Shown here piece by piece: positions 13,620-26,699 of a stretch of DNA of 64,000 nt. How positions within the stretch are numbered: the stretch's first letter is position 1; each line of letters opens with the position of its first letter. Position numbers and translations under genes: made by a program. The notes beneath the pieces were generated by a model. The model was not told where the DNA came from, did no database searches, and saw only the letters and a program-made list of their open reading frames with translations. Source of the DNA: Phoronis australis (Eukaryota > Animalia > Phoronida); NCBI GenBank assembly GCA_002633005.1, contig NMRA01000390.1, positions 352,836 through 416,835 of the forward strand, in the 5' to 3' direction.

Positions 13620-14770
13620 TGTTGCTGGCCGTCTGCTGGCATCACAAATGTGTTATTGAACTAGCACACACAGTACAGTTTTCAGTGTACATGGATGCTG
13701 ATAACATTGCTGCCTACGTATATGTTAAATCAGTTCATGAGTTAAACACCAAACTTAACAGTGATGCTACTCTTATTTCAAAATGGTGTAATGACAATAC
13801 GATGCGTATTAACATTAATGGTGTAATGACAATACGATGCGTAGATTAACATTGAAAAAAACCAAGGCTATGCTGGTTGGTACCAGACAAAAATCCAGGA
13901 CTAATGATTGTTTAAACATTTGTATAGATGGTACTAATATTAAAAACGTTGGTCATGAAAACCTCATTGGAGTGGAGATTGACGACAGTCTCCACTGGAA
14001 CAGTCAAATCTCACGTTTGTAGACATATGTGGTATCAAATGTTTCAGATGAGAAGACTTTGACCTTTTCTAGACACATCATCCTCATTTACGTTCTATAA
14101 TTGTTAAATCAATCCTTATTGCTGTTCAGTATTAGGTAATACTTCTCAAGGTAATAGTGATAGAACTGTTTAGCTACAGAAGAGAGCTGAAAGGGTGATC
14201 CTTGATTGTCATTTTCTAACACCATCATCTGATACTGATGTTTAAATATCTTAACTGGTTGACTTTATCCAAACGTGTCATTTACCATCGGGCACTTCTC
14301 ATGTATACAATTCAATGGACTTCAGTCCGGTGCTACAGCCAATCTCAATTATAGTTTTAGACTTGTCTCGGATGTCCATCAAAGGACCACTCGTGCAGCA
14401 ACCCAAGCGACCTACAACTAACCTACTATTATAACTAAAACTTGTCAAAATTCCTTTAATTATAAAGGTCCTTCTATGTGGAATTCCTTAACAGTCACTA
14501 TACAAAATTGTACTTCATTATCCCTTTTTAAAAAACAAGTTGAATCTCAACTTTCCAGTATGTAAAATTCCAGTGGTAATTTTAATTGGTTTTAATTTTA
14601 AATTATTTTAATTTAGTTGTGTAATACTTTCAATATGTAATATTCAAATTAATTAGTTTTAATATTCCATTGCAGTAGTGTATATTTTTAATTACGTGAC
14701 CATATAACTACTTGACCGTGTGTGAGAGGAGCCTCTGGCTCAACATGCCATCAAGTTTAAATAAAGTTTA
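13620..14770 (+). mobile_element. Degenerate 3' fragment of a CR1/L2-type LINE
   Basis: Broken RT C-terminal motifs (YMDADN, ISKWCNDNTMRIN, KKTKAMLVGT, LIGVEIDDSLHW) with stops and frameshifts; ends near aataaa. Confidence 0.75.
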
Positions 14771-15403
14771 TCTTCATGTATCTACCTGTACAGTTGCTAT
14801 CTTGAACCTGTGCACGTGATGCGATGTTTTATCGATGTCATAATATTGACGGCGATGCAAACCGCATTGTGGACGTTATGCCTCATTTCGTGAGACTGAA
14901 TTCCGCTCTATTTAGCTGCCTAAAAATTAGTCTCATAATATTCCTTATCGTGAAAGCAGTGATTCTATTTCCGTTTCCAGTAAGAACGGCGATATCATCA
15001 GCAACTCGAGCAAACGCTTCAGAGTTTATTAGGGCTAGTCTAGTACGATAATGACTTGATTTGGTAACGAGAATGGAATCCTGCCACGGTAAAGAAGTTT
15101 ATGAGACCGATTTTATCAGTAAAATGCACAATTCGATTTGTGTTTTTAGCCAGCTAAACAGGGCAAAATCCCAGCTTTAATTCCAGCGCAAACGTCGGCA
15201 CTGCACGGAAGTTGCACCAGCGACAGAATGCAAACATTTGTGACTTTCAGGTGCGTGTCCGTATTTTTCATTGACTAAGTAGTAAACGAAAACTTACTCT
15301 AAGACCAGTATAAGGATATTGTTTTCATCCAAGTTCATACACGTCGGGACGTGCTTTACTGAGCAATAAACGCACACAGTAATTGCCATTAAAGATGCTA
15401 TGT

Positions 15404-15531
15404 CTCATTTGCATATTCACAATGAGACATAGCATCTTTAAAGATGCGTAGACTCATTAAATTGTGAATATTCACAATGAGACATAGCATCTTTAAAGAT
15501 GCGTAGACTCATTAAGTTGTGAATATGCAAA
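15404..15531. repeat. Tandem duplication of a ~55-bp self-complementary unit
   Basis: attcacaatgagacatagcatctttaaagatgcgtagactcattaa.ttgtgaat occurs twice. Confidence 0.8.
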
Positions 15532-17239
15532 TGAAGTACCAATTTACAAACAACCCCGGGTCCTCCAGTGTGCCAGAAACCACCCGAGAACCAGTTATGA
15601 TTGCAATCTCGCGTAAGTCTCTTTTTGCGAGACTATTTTTATGTAAATGAGTATGATAATATTTCATCGTTACCCAAATGAAACACGTCACAGTATTAAA
15701 TATTGATTTGTTTCACTATCAAATAATGATTGCGTAATATTTGAAATTAGTATGATTTTTTGTCTGTTCACACTTGTTTTTATTCTATCAATTGTTGCGT
15801 TTCTTTAAAATCGCAATTTGTTTACAAATTGTTTCTCTTCCTGATTATACTTGTACACACAGTTCTACAGAAGTCATTAGATGGTGCTTGCTACAAATTT
15901 AAATATTCACGATTTTAATGAGACGTAGCATATTTCATACACGTATGTTTTCGCTGCGATGTCCGGTTTTTCTCATTTCGTCTGTGGCGCGCACCTTGTT
16001 GCAGTGGACCTGTGTGGCAAGTGGGTCACCGGTCGCACACTCTCTCAACTCTATTTTTTGTGCGGGTTGGCAGATACTCCAGGCTACGCCTTTTCTCAGT
16101 CTTTAGAGGAAGCAGTAGCGACGACTTGAGTTGTCTATACTTCAACCACATGTATTACCCCACTTTTCGCCCACACACTTTTAAGTTAAAACTCACTTCA
16201 CAAGGGTGGGTCAATGTAAAATGCTGGTGCCCGGTTTATTTATTAAATGATAAAAATGCAGAAGTTGAAACAAGTGAATGTTCAAGAATATTCCACTCAG
16301 TGCTTACCACTGCTCAAAATCAAATGGTAAGCTGAAACGTTAACACTGCTTCTTGTAATATGACCGTACAGGTACATCAACTTGCGGATGAACGAGCTCA
16401 CACCCAGAGTGCAGATGTGCCATCAACGTCGATTTTTGATGGAAAACTTGACCGAGGTGGAGAAAATGTACCTACCATTGACGTAACACTGAGAATGCAC
16501 TATTTTTTGCTATTTTTTCAATTTAACTATCTCTTGCGTCATAAAATAGACATTTTGCTAGTCATTTTTGCTTTTAATTATTCTTAACGAGAATGTATTA
16601 GAAACCCGCCAAATTGTTTTACCTATGTGATCTTTGTAAGTCATCGTTGTGTTTTTTCCAGTATCTGAAATGAAAAAAATCGTTTCAATGAAAGAATCTT
16701 CTGAGTTTCATTTCTCAAATTTTAATCGCTTATAGAATTCTTTGTGAATTACAAATACGTGACAGCACTTTCATGGGCATGCTGTAGAGTATGGCGTTTT
16801 ATATTGGTCTACGTACGTGCTTCATGCCAGAGACATAGTCACTCATTCGGAACATCTCGTGTATTTTGAATTTTCGTAGCCTCAGATTTCTATGGTGGCC
16901 CTGTACAGATAGACTGAAGCAGCAAACAACTTACACTCCTTAAAAATTTAAATTCTTGGGATTACGGGCCAGGTGTTTCGGATGATATGCTCCCTGTCAA
17001 TGACAGCGGCCCTCGAGTGACCGTCGTTTGCCTCGGTTTTGAAATTGAGGCACATGTTATCAAAGGTCGTAAGGGCTAAGGCTGTCGCAACTTCGATTTT
17101 AATTTGCCCGCAATGCATTACGTGACTCGTGAAGGTGGTCGTTAAATCTGAATATAAAAAATATCAAGTTAATTACATTTGCGAAGTTTCGCTCTTATAA
17201 AAATGCTGAAGTTTTAGTTGCAATTGCTTAATTGCCCAT

Positions 17240-17440
17240 GACTGGCTACCACTGGAGTTGTGGCTGGCTACCACTGGAGTTGTGACTCGCTAACACTGGA
17301 GTTGTGACTGGCTAACACTGGAGTTGTGGCTGGCTACCACTGGAGTTGTGACTGGCTACCACTGGAGTTGTGGCTGGCTACCACTGGAGCTGTGACTGGC
17401 TAACACTGGAGTTGTGACTGGCTAACACTGGAGTTGTGAC
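17240..17440. repeat. 22-bp minisatellite, about 9 copies
   Basis: Unit (a/g)ctggcta(c/a)cactggagttgtg. Confidence 0.95.
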
Positions 17441-17873
17441 ATTTGATAAAACTGGCTTAGGCGGACGTGTTACCATCGAAAACAAAGGTTGCCCTTCGCC
17501 ACTAGTGCGTACATGTATATGGTGTACCGTTTACGGAGAATTTTTGTTTCTGGCAATTTTTTTCGGAGATTTTGGAGATGGTTTGATGACCCACTAATCG
17601 TAGAATTTTGAGGGAATTAGTTTCCTAGTCTCACAGCAGTATTTTGTAAATATAAAATAGACATTTTAATCTCATAAAGTGGTCTCATAATTTTCTTGTT
17701 TCCGTTACCCAAAAACGAACATCGAAACCATATCAACCGCTATTCAAGAAAACGCTCGAGTTTATTGGAGTTGGCCAACCCTAAAATTGCGAATTCCAAA
17801 ATGTCCCATGTGCGCATTGCCCGTGACCTGAGTTGCCGGCTCATTTTACAACAATGCTAGATCGGATGAGCGT

Positions 17874-20800
17874 TGCCACAACTGAGTAAGTGGCGGAAAT
17901 AAAAACCACGACGCGCAAAGACATAGTTTATAAAACGGAAGGAGGAAAGAGGCCGCAGTGTGGCAGAATCATGCGAATAAGCAGTGTGCACCTGTCGTAT
18001 TAGCCTTAGTACTCATTCTTAAGAACAACCTTACACGAGGAAACAAAAACCTAAACCTAGCAAATGTTACACGAACAATATCGTTCACACTAACACTCAT
18101 CCTCCGAATGAGGGTATTGGTACGCTGGCGCAATGGAAATGGTATTGACACCGCGTGTTCTTTGTCTCTAGACTACAAGATGGTTTGTGGGTCGGCGGTA
18201 GAAGATCGTCTACATCAAAACCAAGGATGTTGGGGACAAGTGTTTACGGGTAACTGGTGACATCCGGAATGTTGGGTTGCCAGATGAGAAGCCGTATCGA
18301 ATTTTCGCACCATCACAGGTGGGCTTGAGGTCGACACTACTACCAGCCGGATGTCGGGAAATAGACACTGTACAAGCAGTATTGTCATGTGCTTTGAAGT
18401 AGTGCGTGAGTGTGATTTTAAACATATGAGAACACTTCACCAGTCATCGTCGACAGAAGTCACTAAACACCTATCACGACCACGCAATTACTCCACAGTC
18501 GGAACATAAGTTCAAGATGTCGCCTACCTCCATCTTGTCGGACAACTGTAAGCCGGGTCGTGTTACGTGAAAATTGACCTAAAAAGACTTAAGTCACAAT
18601 TTGATCTTACGCTCACACTTCACAATTTGCTGAACAAATGTTTCACCAAGTAGTTGTTATCGCATCAAAGTCGAGAAATAATTCATAGAAATTATCTCAG
18701 AAACCAGCAGTTTTTTGTGTATGGTCAGAAACTTTGCTTTTTTGCTCAAGTAAGGTTTAAATTTTTATTCAGAAATAGTTGTGTGGACCAAAGGACCAAA
18801 TTTCTGTCCAGTTAAGTCTTTAAAGTCACTTTTTATGGATCATACCCCAGTCAGTCGACTTCATCTGGTAGCTCAAGGGTAATCCAGTTTGAGATACGCG
18901 GCAGTCAAGAAGTTCGGCTAACATGTACATGTAGCTGGGTACCACAGTGCATTCGCGGACCGTATCGAAGCCGAGTCAAAGTGCTACACTGAAATAACGC
19001 TTAAAAGGATACAAACTCGGTTTTAGTTTATTGAAAGATGCTGAAAAGGACTTTCTCGTCCAGTTCTCAGAAACAAAATAATGTTCTGTAACCTTCGACA
19101 ACCCTCAAAAGTTTGGAGGAAAATTCGAAAACTTCTTTCAATGTCTGGAACACTGCCACAGGGTATCCTTTTAACTTTCCTCAAGGGCTTGGGTGGACGG
19201 TTTTGTGGAACAAGTGCGCATGTATGCGGCGTATGTCTGAGCAATCGTCCTGTATGGAAACCCATGGTAACAGCTTTGTGAACGGCAATCTGGTTGAGCC
19301 GTTAGGAAAGTCTGCCACGGCAACGTCGTGGATTACTGCACCGTCCAGTCGTTGCGCAAATATACATATCTAAGAATGTGACTTGGTACAAGTGGTGCGT
19401 TGCGACTGGGAGGTGTGTCGGAAGTATGATTGACTTTTCTACAGGGTGTATAGAACGGTAAGTACACAAAGGCAAAACGAGATCACGACGGAGTTTATCG
19501 TAGGCTTTCTTAAGCACATAGTTGCTACGAGTTGCCTGCTCGATAGAGACTGGAATGTTTAATGATGCAGCGATTGCTAGAGGTTCAATCCCACACGATA
19601 ACCAGTTTACCTTACCTGGTTGCGACGTTATTGGGCAACTACAAAACCTTCCGAAAAATAACTTATAACTTTGGATGATGTGGAGTGCCGCCCCAAGACC
19701 TTTCTTTGTTACTGACCTGTCGGTCGCTATCCATGATTGGTCCTGTGATCACGGTAGCGTAATCAACTAAGTGGACTATAGGGCTGATTGAGCTGTGGAG
19801 AACACAGAAAGCAAGTTCAGTCTTCAGACCAAACGAATGTGTTCTTAGAGACTTTTTCGGCGACCATGCTCTCTGTCGGAGCCAGTGTACTTGAACATTC
19901 TACGAGGACCGAAGATAACACGATAAATGAACGAACGCAGAGCGGAGACATACGTTGGTGATATGCGAGATGCAAGCAATGGCAATGTGTGATTTGGGTG
20001 GAATCGAAGAGAATTCCATCCGAAATTAAAAGCACGTTTTGGTGCAATGATAGATTTGGAGGCGGGCAGATTCAAGTTACAGCGACAATATAATCCGTCA
20101 AGTGTGGCAGTAAATGCCGTGAACATGGATATGTGTCAAAGTTACGGCATATATTGTCGCACCCGGCACATACTATCGCCCCAGGGATAGACAACATGTG
20201 TAGATTGCGACAATATATGCGTAATGGTAACTACAAAATGTGTCAAGACAAGGTTATTGGCCTATTGTAGTTTGTATCACGTCATCCTCGTTAGAGGGGT
20301 CTAACACGAAAGTGTCCTCGTGGTTCGAGCCCATGGCCAGGCGTGATTTTTTTGATGTAGGAATTTTGTACAAGGGACGAAAGGGACTTTTCATAAGAAA
20401 CTATGTGTCGCAGTGCCTTGCTTTTGTACTCAAAAGGCATTTAATTTGCTTTAAGTTGAGTAATGTGGTTGTGTGGGTTTGCCGGAGGAAGGTTGTATCA
20501 CGAAGTGTACTGCCTTGGCACATTAACTCATTTGGAACTCTTACAGCAGTGTCTGGAATATTTCTGGTCTATTATTAGAATGACGTTCGTGCCACTTTTT
20601 CATAGTCATGTATGATTTCGATGTGGTTCGACAATATCCGTATCTCCCCGTAATGGGTTTTCATCCACAATAGCCACCAGAAGTTAGCACAAATTTACGG
20701 GATGCTCGTTCTGTTCCAACAGCAGCATGTATCCTAATTTCCCGATTGTCAAACGTCCGGTACAGACATCAATTTGTGAACGATGGAGCTTCGAGCAATC

Positions 20801-21278
20801 ACATGAACTTGCAGTTCGATTCAGCATTATTTCCAGCATGCTAACGTTTTGTTGGCCTGTGATGTGGCAGCATTCTTGGGGTTGGGGGTGGGGGTGTTGT
20901 CCCAAGTGAAGTGGCGGAGAAGGGAACGTGATTTCTTCTCCAACTGCAGACCACCAACGAAGAAGAGTTCAAAATTTCCATCGAGAGCAAGTTTCTTGAA
21001 CAATCCAGATTCAGTTTGAGATGAGCACTATTTTTGGTACTCCTCTGGTAGCCGCCATTTTGACCGGCGTTCACTGTAATGTGGGTTCACACAAAACAAA
21101 CTTTACGGTGTCGTTTGTGAGAGTTTTGTAAGGATATCAATTGTATAAGGTGAGGTTATTTAAGAATCAGAACCACCACGCCACAACTTAGCAAGTAGAC
21201 GGCACGCCACGACGCACAACGATAACATTGAACGTGTGTATTTATTAACCGGAAGCAGGAACAAGACACAGGTTGGCA
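17874..21278 (-). mobile_element. Old, heavily decayed Ty3/Gypsy element related to the element at 50450-55912; LTR remnants 21179-21278 and 17874-17965
   Basis: Minus-strand remnants colinear with the young Pol: WIATDRSVTKKGLGAALHI (vs WIVTDASAKHPRIAATLYV), NWLSCGIEPLAIAASL (vs LWLPCEIEALAIAVAL), WVSIQDDCSDIRRIHAHL (vs [18 protein letters not shown]), EVGDILNLCSD (vs NVGDLVYLYSD); diverged direct repeats at both ends. Confidence 0.75.
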
Positions 21279-22024
21279 TCAGATCATTCGGTAAACAATA
21301 TCGAGCCACTAAACAGTTTTCCCTCATTTTTTGCCTCCCCAGGTAGGGTGACTGAGGGAAACAGTTTTTCTACATCAAAACCATAAAATATGAAACATAA
21401 CTAGGTACTGACCATATATAAAGCTCATCTTTATTTCAACTTGGATTCAAAGTGCGTTTTTTGCTTTTATGCCCACAACAAACCTAGCCATGCCAATAAA
21501 CAAGCAAACCCAAAACCACTACTAGCATGTAACTTTTTGGCACCAACAGATAACACACTCAAAATGCTAAAACACTGGGCTTGTCGACCAGATCTTTTTC
21601 TTCTAACCTGAAATATCTGAAGGGTACACGAATTTCCAGTCAAAACGTGCCTTGCCGACAAAAAGTGGTGAAGTGTTTACGAACAGCTACAGTTGCAAGA
21701 AAAATAGACCGAGATACAACAAACTGGATTTTTCCAAAACAGATCCAAAAATATACAAATGCAATCCGCAGCCACCACACCTACAGTAAATCTCAAATTG
21801 TCCAGCCATCCAGCAGGCAAATGGGAGGATTCCACTGTGGCTCAAAAAACTATTAGTGCCACCTCTACAAAACATAAATATGCGTGGTCAAGTTTTCAAT
21901 TCCTCAAAGCGCTTGGGTTAAGAATATAACATAGGTAGCTAAACGGCGACAATATTCCCCCCTTTGAGTCAGAAATGTGAGCGAAACGTGGTTCTCCAGC
22001 GTGATGCGCCTCCCCCGAGTCATT

Positions 22025-22168
22025 CATGGGCGGCGCACCCTAGGGGGCTGGGGGGGCTATAGCCCCACTTTTTTGAATGCTGCATGGCCCTTGGTCTACG
22101 GGCGATGCACCACAGGGGGGCTAGGGGGCTATAGCCCCCCTACTTTTTTCAGTGCTGTGCCGCCCATG
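22025..22168. mobile_element. Small MITE with CATGGGCGGC TIRs and 5-bp TSD TCATT
   Basis: tcatt|catgggcggcgcac ... gtgccgcccatg|tcatt; internal duplicated gggggctatagccccc. Confidence 0.85.
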
Positions 22169-22361
22169 TCATTCAAATTTCACTGCATTGTTTGGGGGTT
22201 ACAAACATTTTGAAAGCCTAGTCTGCACGCCACCTGTTGGTCACGTCACTTTAAAATGTTTGTGATCTATATTTCCACTCCGGTTCAAGATTTACATATT
22301 CATGAACGAGTTTATCAGCGGGATGCCAACTGTTGATTGGATTTCTGTGTTCGACCAGAAT

Positions 22362-22540
22362 CCTCGATGGCTCAGTGGACTACCAGACAGTGTTTTCACG
22401 GTTAGCAGAAGGTCACAGGTTCGAGTCCATGTGGGCGGGGTCAGAAATATTTTAAGTTACGTGATGTGGCCAACAGATGACGTGCACACGAAACTGCTGT
22501 GATCTGTATTTCCACGCCGGTTCAAGATAAACTCATTCAT
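22362..22540 (+). mobile_element. tRNA-derived SINE
   Basis: A box tggctcagtgg and B box gttcgagtcc, followed by a tail (gtgatct.tatt.ccac.ccggttcaagat) also present at ~22260-22300. Confidence 0.6.
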
Positions 22541-22879
22541 ATTTTTGGAGTTATTAAGTTCAGTGTATAGTGGCGTACTGGTGTACACATGTTGCCCCAT
22601 AGTGTTGCCCACAGGTTCGGACAAATCAACAAAGGAACAACGTTATTTCTTTTTTCTCCCGATGAAGTTAACCGATCTTTGCCGTTCACGCAATGATTGA
22701 AAATTCAAAGTCCACAAAGTCAAAATGACCGGGAAAGAATGTTGCCACGAATTTCAAACAATTATCACCGACAACCAACCCTGTTGGTCTAGTCGAGGCG
22801 CTTTGGTAAGTGGCTAGTGTAATCAAATGAGACGTAGCGCTTAATGGACAATTAGCTCTTGAAAATGGAAAACAGGGGA

Positions 22880-24698
22880 TTATTTGTCTTTCTGTTGCAA
22901 TTGAAAGAAACTATGTGAAAAAGTGCATATTACCCTTGAAATTTCTTTTTCAACCATTTCGTCTATGACGTCTTGTAAAAAGTACAATGCCTGACCACTA
23001 TATCCTCCTTCCGTTCCAAACCCCTCGACCACTTCTCTGGGTAGCTTCTTTAAAATTCGTTTGTAAACTTTAGGAAGAGCAAGCTGCCTCAGGTAGAATA
23101 CATTATTGTTCGTCTTGTTAGATGAGGCTCTGTTGTTGTTGGATACGTCGTAGTTGTTATTGCCGGACTTATCCATGTCCGGGTCGCAGCAACAGCAAGG
23201 CGGTGGGTAGAACGGGCACTCGTGCGTGCGATCAGTGAAAATCGGCTTGATGCAGTAGGGACATATCTCCATCTCATGCTGTTGGGCCGCCGGAATGATC
23301 CAGCCCATGGCGTCTTCAATACTCTTCTCGCACATGTAGGCTACAGTCTTACATCCGTAGTTAAACACGTCGTTGATGCAAGCCGGGGCACAACAGCAGC
23401 TGTTACAGCTGCAGCCGCAACCACCCCCGCAACCTCCGCCACAGCAACCGCCACCACAACCACCGCCACAGCAGGTACTACAAGCACAACCACAGCTACC
23501 ACCACATCTTTTTCCGCAGCATACATTGTGCTTGGTGTCGCCTGTGCCAATGTCTCCTACATGAAGGTGAACCTCGTTGCTGTACGCGTCTCTTTTGATG
23601 TCCCTACCCGCCATGCTGGTATCGGGGCCACCAGACGCTTTGCAGCTCCCAGGGCACTTTCCACAAGTCGATCCACAACACGTAGGTGGAATAGGTCCGC
23701 AACACATTCGACATGTTCGGAGACAACAACCTGACCCATATCCGTGCGCGCTGCAACCGGGGGCGTTGCAGGCTCTTGCTGAAAACATCAGAAAGGATAG
23801 TCCTTGGTAGACTAATGGCGTATGAAACTTTATTGGGCTGTACAATTCAAGTAATCTTTTTTAATTGGAATTCTCTGTTTCTTCAGTATAGTATAATATT
23901 TTGAGCCTGTATTTTGACTGAGTGGTAAAGCTATTAAACCATTTGTCCGGCTTGCAAGTGAATTTCTGCCAGTCTTCGTGTCCATAGCAATTTTGTGAAA
24001 GATTTGAAAGTGTAAATAAAATGTAATAATTTCAAAGCATATTCCAACAGTATCTGCGCACATTGTATGTGTCTATGGTACAAACATCCAATTAAATTTT
24101 GCCCCTTACCACACGGATTGCTGGCCACTTGTACTGGAACCAGAGTCAACTTATTATACATGTCCTCAAGTTGTTCAAGCCTGTCCTTCGGCGTGTTAGA
24201 ATATTTCCTTTTTGGTTCTCTCCATCCATGTTTCCCACGACCACGCCCACGGCCTCGCCCACGACCTCTTCCTCGACCTTGTCCCATTCCCTGGCCATAG
24301 CCTTGACCACGTCCACGACCTCTTCCTTGACCTTGTCCCATTCCCTGGCCATAGCCTTGACCACGTCCACGACCTCTTCCGTGACCACCACCGCCATAAT
24401 CGTTTTCTCCTTCCGCATTTTTCTTCTTCTTCTTCTTCTTCTTCTTGTGCATTCTCTTTGAACGTCTTGCTGACTGAGAACTATTCGAATTAAACCAGTC
24501 GAGACTACTGTGACTGCGGTGCCTGTGGTGATGACGGTGCCGATGTTTTCCATGTTTCCTACGAGCATGGCGGCAACTAGTTCTTGGTCTGGAAGAATTG
24601 TTCTTGAAATATGACTTGGTATTATTTTTTGATTCGCTGTCAATGAAATCAGTGTGGTCAATTAAAGAAGGATATTGTCTGGAACACTGTGCTGACAT
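22880..24698 (-). CDS. Paralogue A: basic/RG-repeat plus Cys/Gly-rich protein of unknown function, exons 24698-24110 and 23778-22880 (~495 aa)
   Basis: Donor TGT G|gtaagg at 24110/24109 and acceptor ttttcag|CA at 23779/23778, both phase 1, join the two ORFs in frame; homologous to paralogues B and C. A possible further donor near 22934 could change the C-terminus. Confidence 0.8.
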
Positions 24699-25438
24699 GC
24701 CGGTTTGCTATTGTTTTATTACATTCAGTTAGTTGCAAGCTGTAAATGAATCATCGCGCGCTGATGAAGTCTTACACATATGTTTCAGTTTAATAATGAG
24801 CTTATTGTTGTATGAGAAACATGTTACACAAAGTTCACATTGAGCGAGTTCATGCGTCTCACAAGTGAATACTGACAGAATTGAATGGTACGAGTCATGT
24901 CAGTGTTTTTCCTGATGTTTTGAGGAATTCCAGAAAAAATATCAAGCGAACATAAAATTAGGGGTTTTTGATTAAGAGTCTTTCTTGTGGATTTTTTCAA
25001 AATCAAAACTCCGGAACAAATTCCCATGAATACACACTGAAGAATCCTATCTCTCAAATTCTGAGATTTTCCGAAAAGAACAGAAGCGCGCGAAAAATTC
25101 TGAATTTCTGTTGATATAAAAGCATTTTCCTTTACTTTCAAATTTCAGAAATGTAAAAATCTGTCAAATGTCACTCCCAATATCTTGTCAATATGTTTTT
25201 CATTTGAGTGAAATCGCGATCCCAAAATATAATGTCTTGCCAAAGTAAATAAAATTTTACATCAAAACCTAATACATATTACGGATTTTAGAAAAACCTA
25301 TCAGATTTTCCAAGAAAGGAAACAGTCAACGAAAATAAGCCCATGAGATTACTTTTTCAAGATTTTCCACGAATATGCGCTTGGGCATACTTTTGAGCAG
25401 GCCTATTTTCGGAAATTCCCGGTAATTGGATGCTTAAA

Positions 25439-26106
25439 AGGGGACTGTAGTAAAAATAATACAGCAGTTAACCGGTTCTAACATACAAATAAATCTCACA
25501 TTTGCCCGAGTTGCACGCTAAGCAAAAGCTCATTCGTGTTTATTGCCAAAAGACTGAAATCTTGACAGCGATCGCTGACTGGCTGATATGTCAGTGACGT
25601 GGGTGGTGGGGCCTTGATTGCTCATCACATATTGCTGTGGCATATTGTGAAGAGTTTACATCGTATTTTATCATTTTATCAGTCTTTCTTATTATTTACT
25701 GTTTGCCACAGTGCTGTAAAAGGTTTGCCATGCCTTTTTGTATGGCTCCTGGTTGTTCGAACTCTTCGAATTCGAAAAATGTGTCTTCTAAGGGGATGGC
25801 CATTGCCTACAATGGGTTGTCTTAGGCTTGGCCCAAAGCTGTATACTAAACATACAGGATTGCACCAATTATGACTAACAAATGGACAAATAAAGTGTGA
25901 CTCTAAATTATGGTCATTAAACCACTCCCTTCCTTGAGTAAACTAACTTATTTACCGGTGTTGAAAAAGTTAGCGTTCTGTCGTTAATCGGCTGCTGCTA
26001 AAATTGTGATGCGTTCTCTTGAATCGGCTTTTTCCGATTACGACACCTAGGCACCTTTGATAAAAATAATTATATAAAACCACTATTGCTGTCTCTACAG
26101 TCCTCT
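25439..26106. mobile_element. Non-autonomous Kolobok-like element (TTAA flanks) with a THAP N-terminal remnant and a fragment of the TAGCC-family element
   Basis: ttaa-aaggggactgtag ... ctacagtcctct-ttaa; MPFCMAPGCSNS at ~25730; 25823-26020 matches the end of the 33583-34310 element. Confidence 0.65.
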
Positions 26107-26699
26107 TTAAGGATGCAGGAAAAGTTATGCCACACTGTTTGACGAAGAAAACGATGATCTGAGTTACACATTCAAAAACAATATCGTGGGAGGTCAAGGT
26201 ACAAAAGAAAACGCTGCGCACGACAAAGGAAACTCCGGTCTTTTTACCTAGAAAAAAACTGGCTGTGCCATGATAACCCTCCATTCAAAAGCCTACTAGG
26301 TGATCGGGAAGATGACGAATAAAAAATTAGTAGTAAATGTATTCAAAAATGGGAATGCCTTAGACAAAGGCACGTATCTAAAGGTGCTTAAATAAAAACA
26401 TTCAGGTACCGGAATCAATAAAGGGTTCTGATGTAAAGGAAATAGCGTCTTCACGTACATTCAAGAAAGTGCGGTTTTCAGTTATTTTTACCCAAAATTT
26501 CAAGTGATGGAGGACAAAGTGAGCCCAAAACCAATGGATATTAAATCAGAAAAGAGCTCAACCACTCAAGTGTCGACTGAATGAACAACGCTTGGTAATT
26601 AACCTTGTGTGTAAATCGTAGCACACACAGTATTTAAAGATTCACTTTCCGCATCACTTTATAAACTTTACAAAAAGTAATTTTAAGGCAAATTCATTC

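Noticed and set aside
17240-17440. 22-bp repeat array as CRISPR
   Set aside because: No spacers; simple tandem repeat.
23222-24493. Plus-strand Thr/Ala-, Gln/Pro- and Pro/Arg-rich ORFs
   Set aside because: Antisense shadows of the low-complexity minus-strand gene; synonymous-site conservation between paralogues supports the minus-strand frame.
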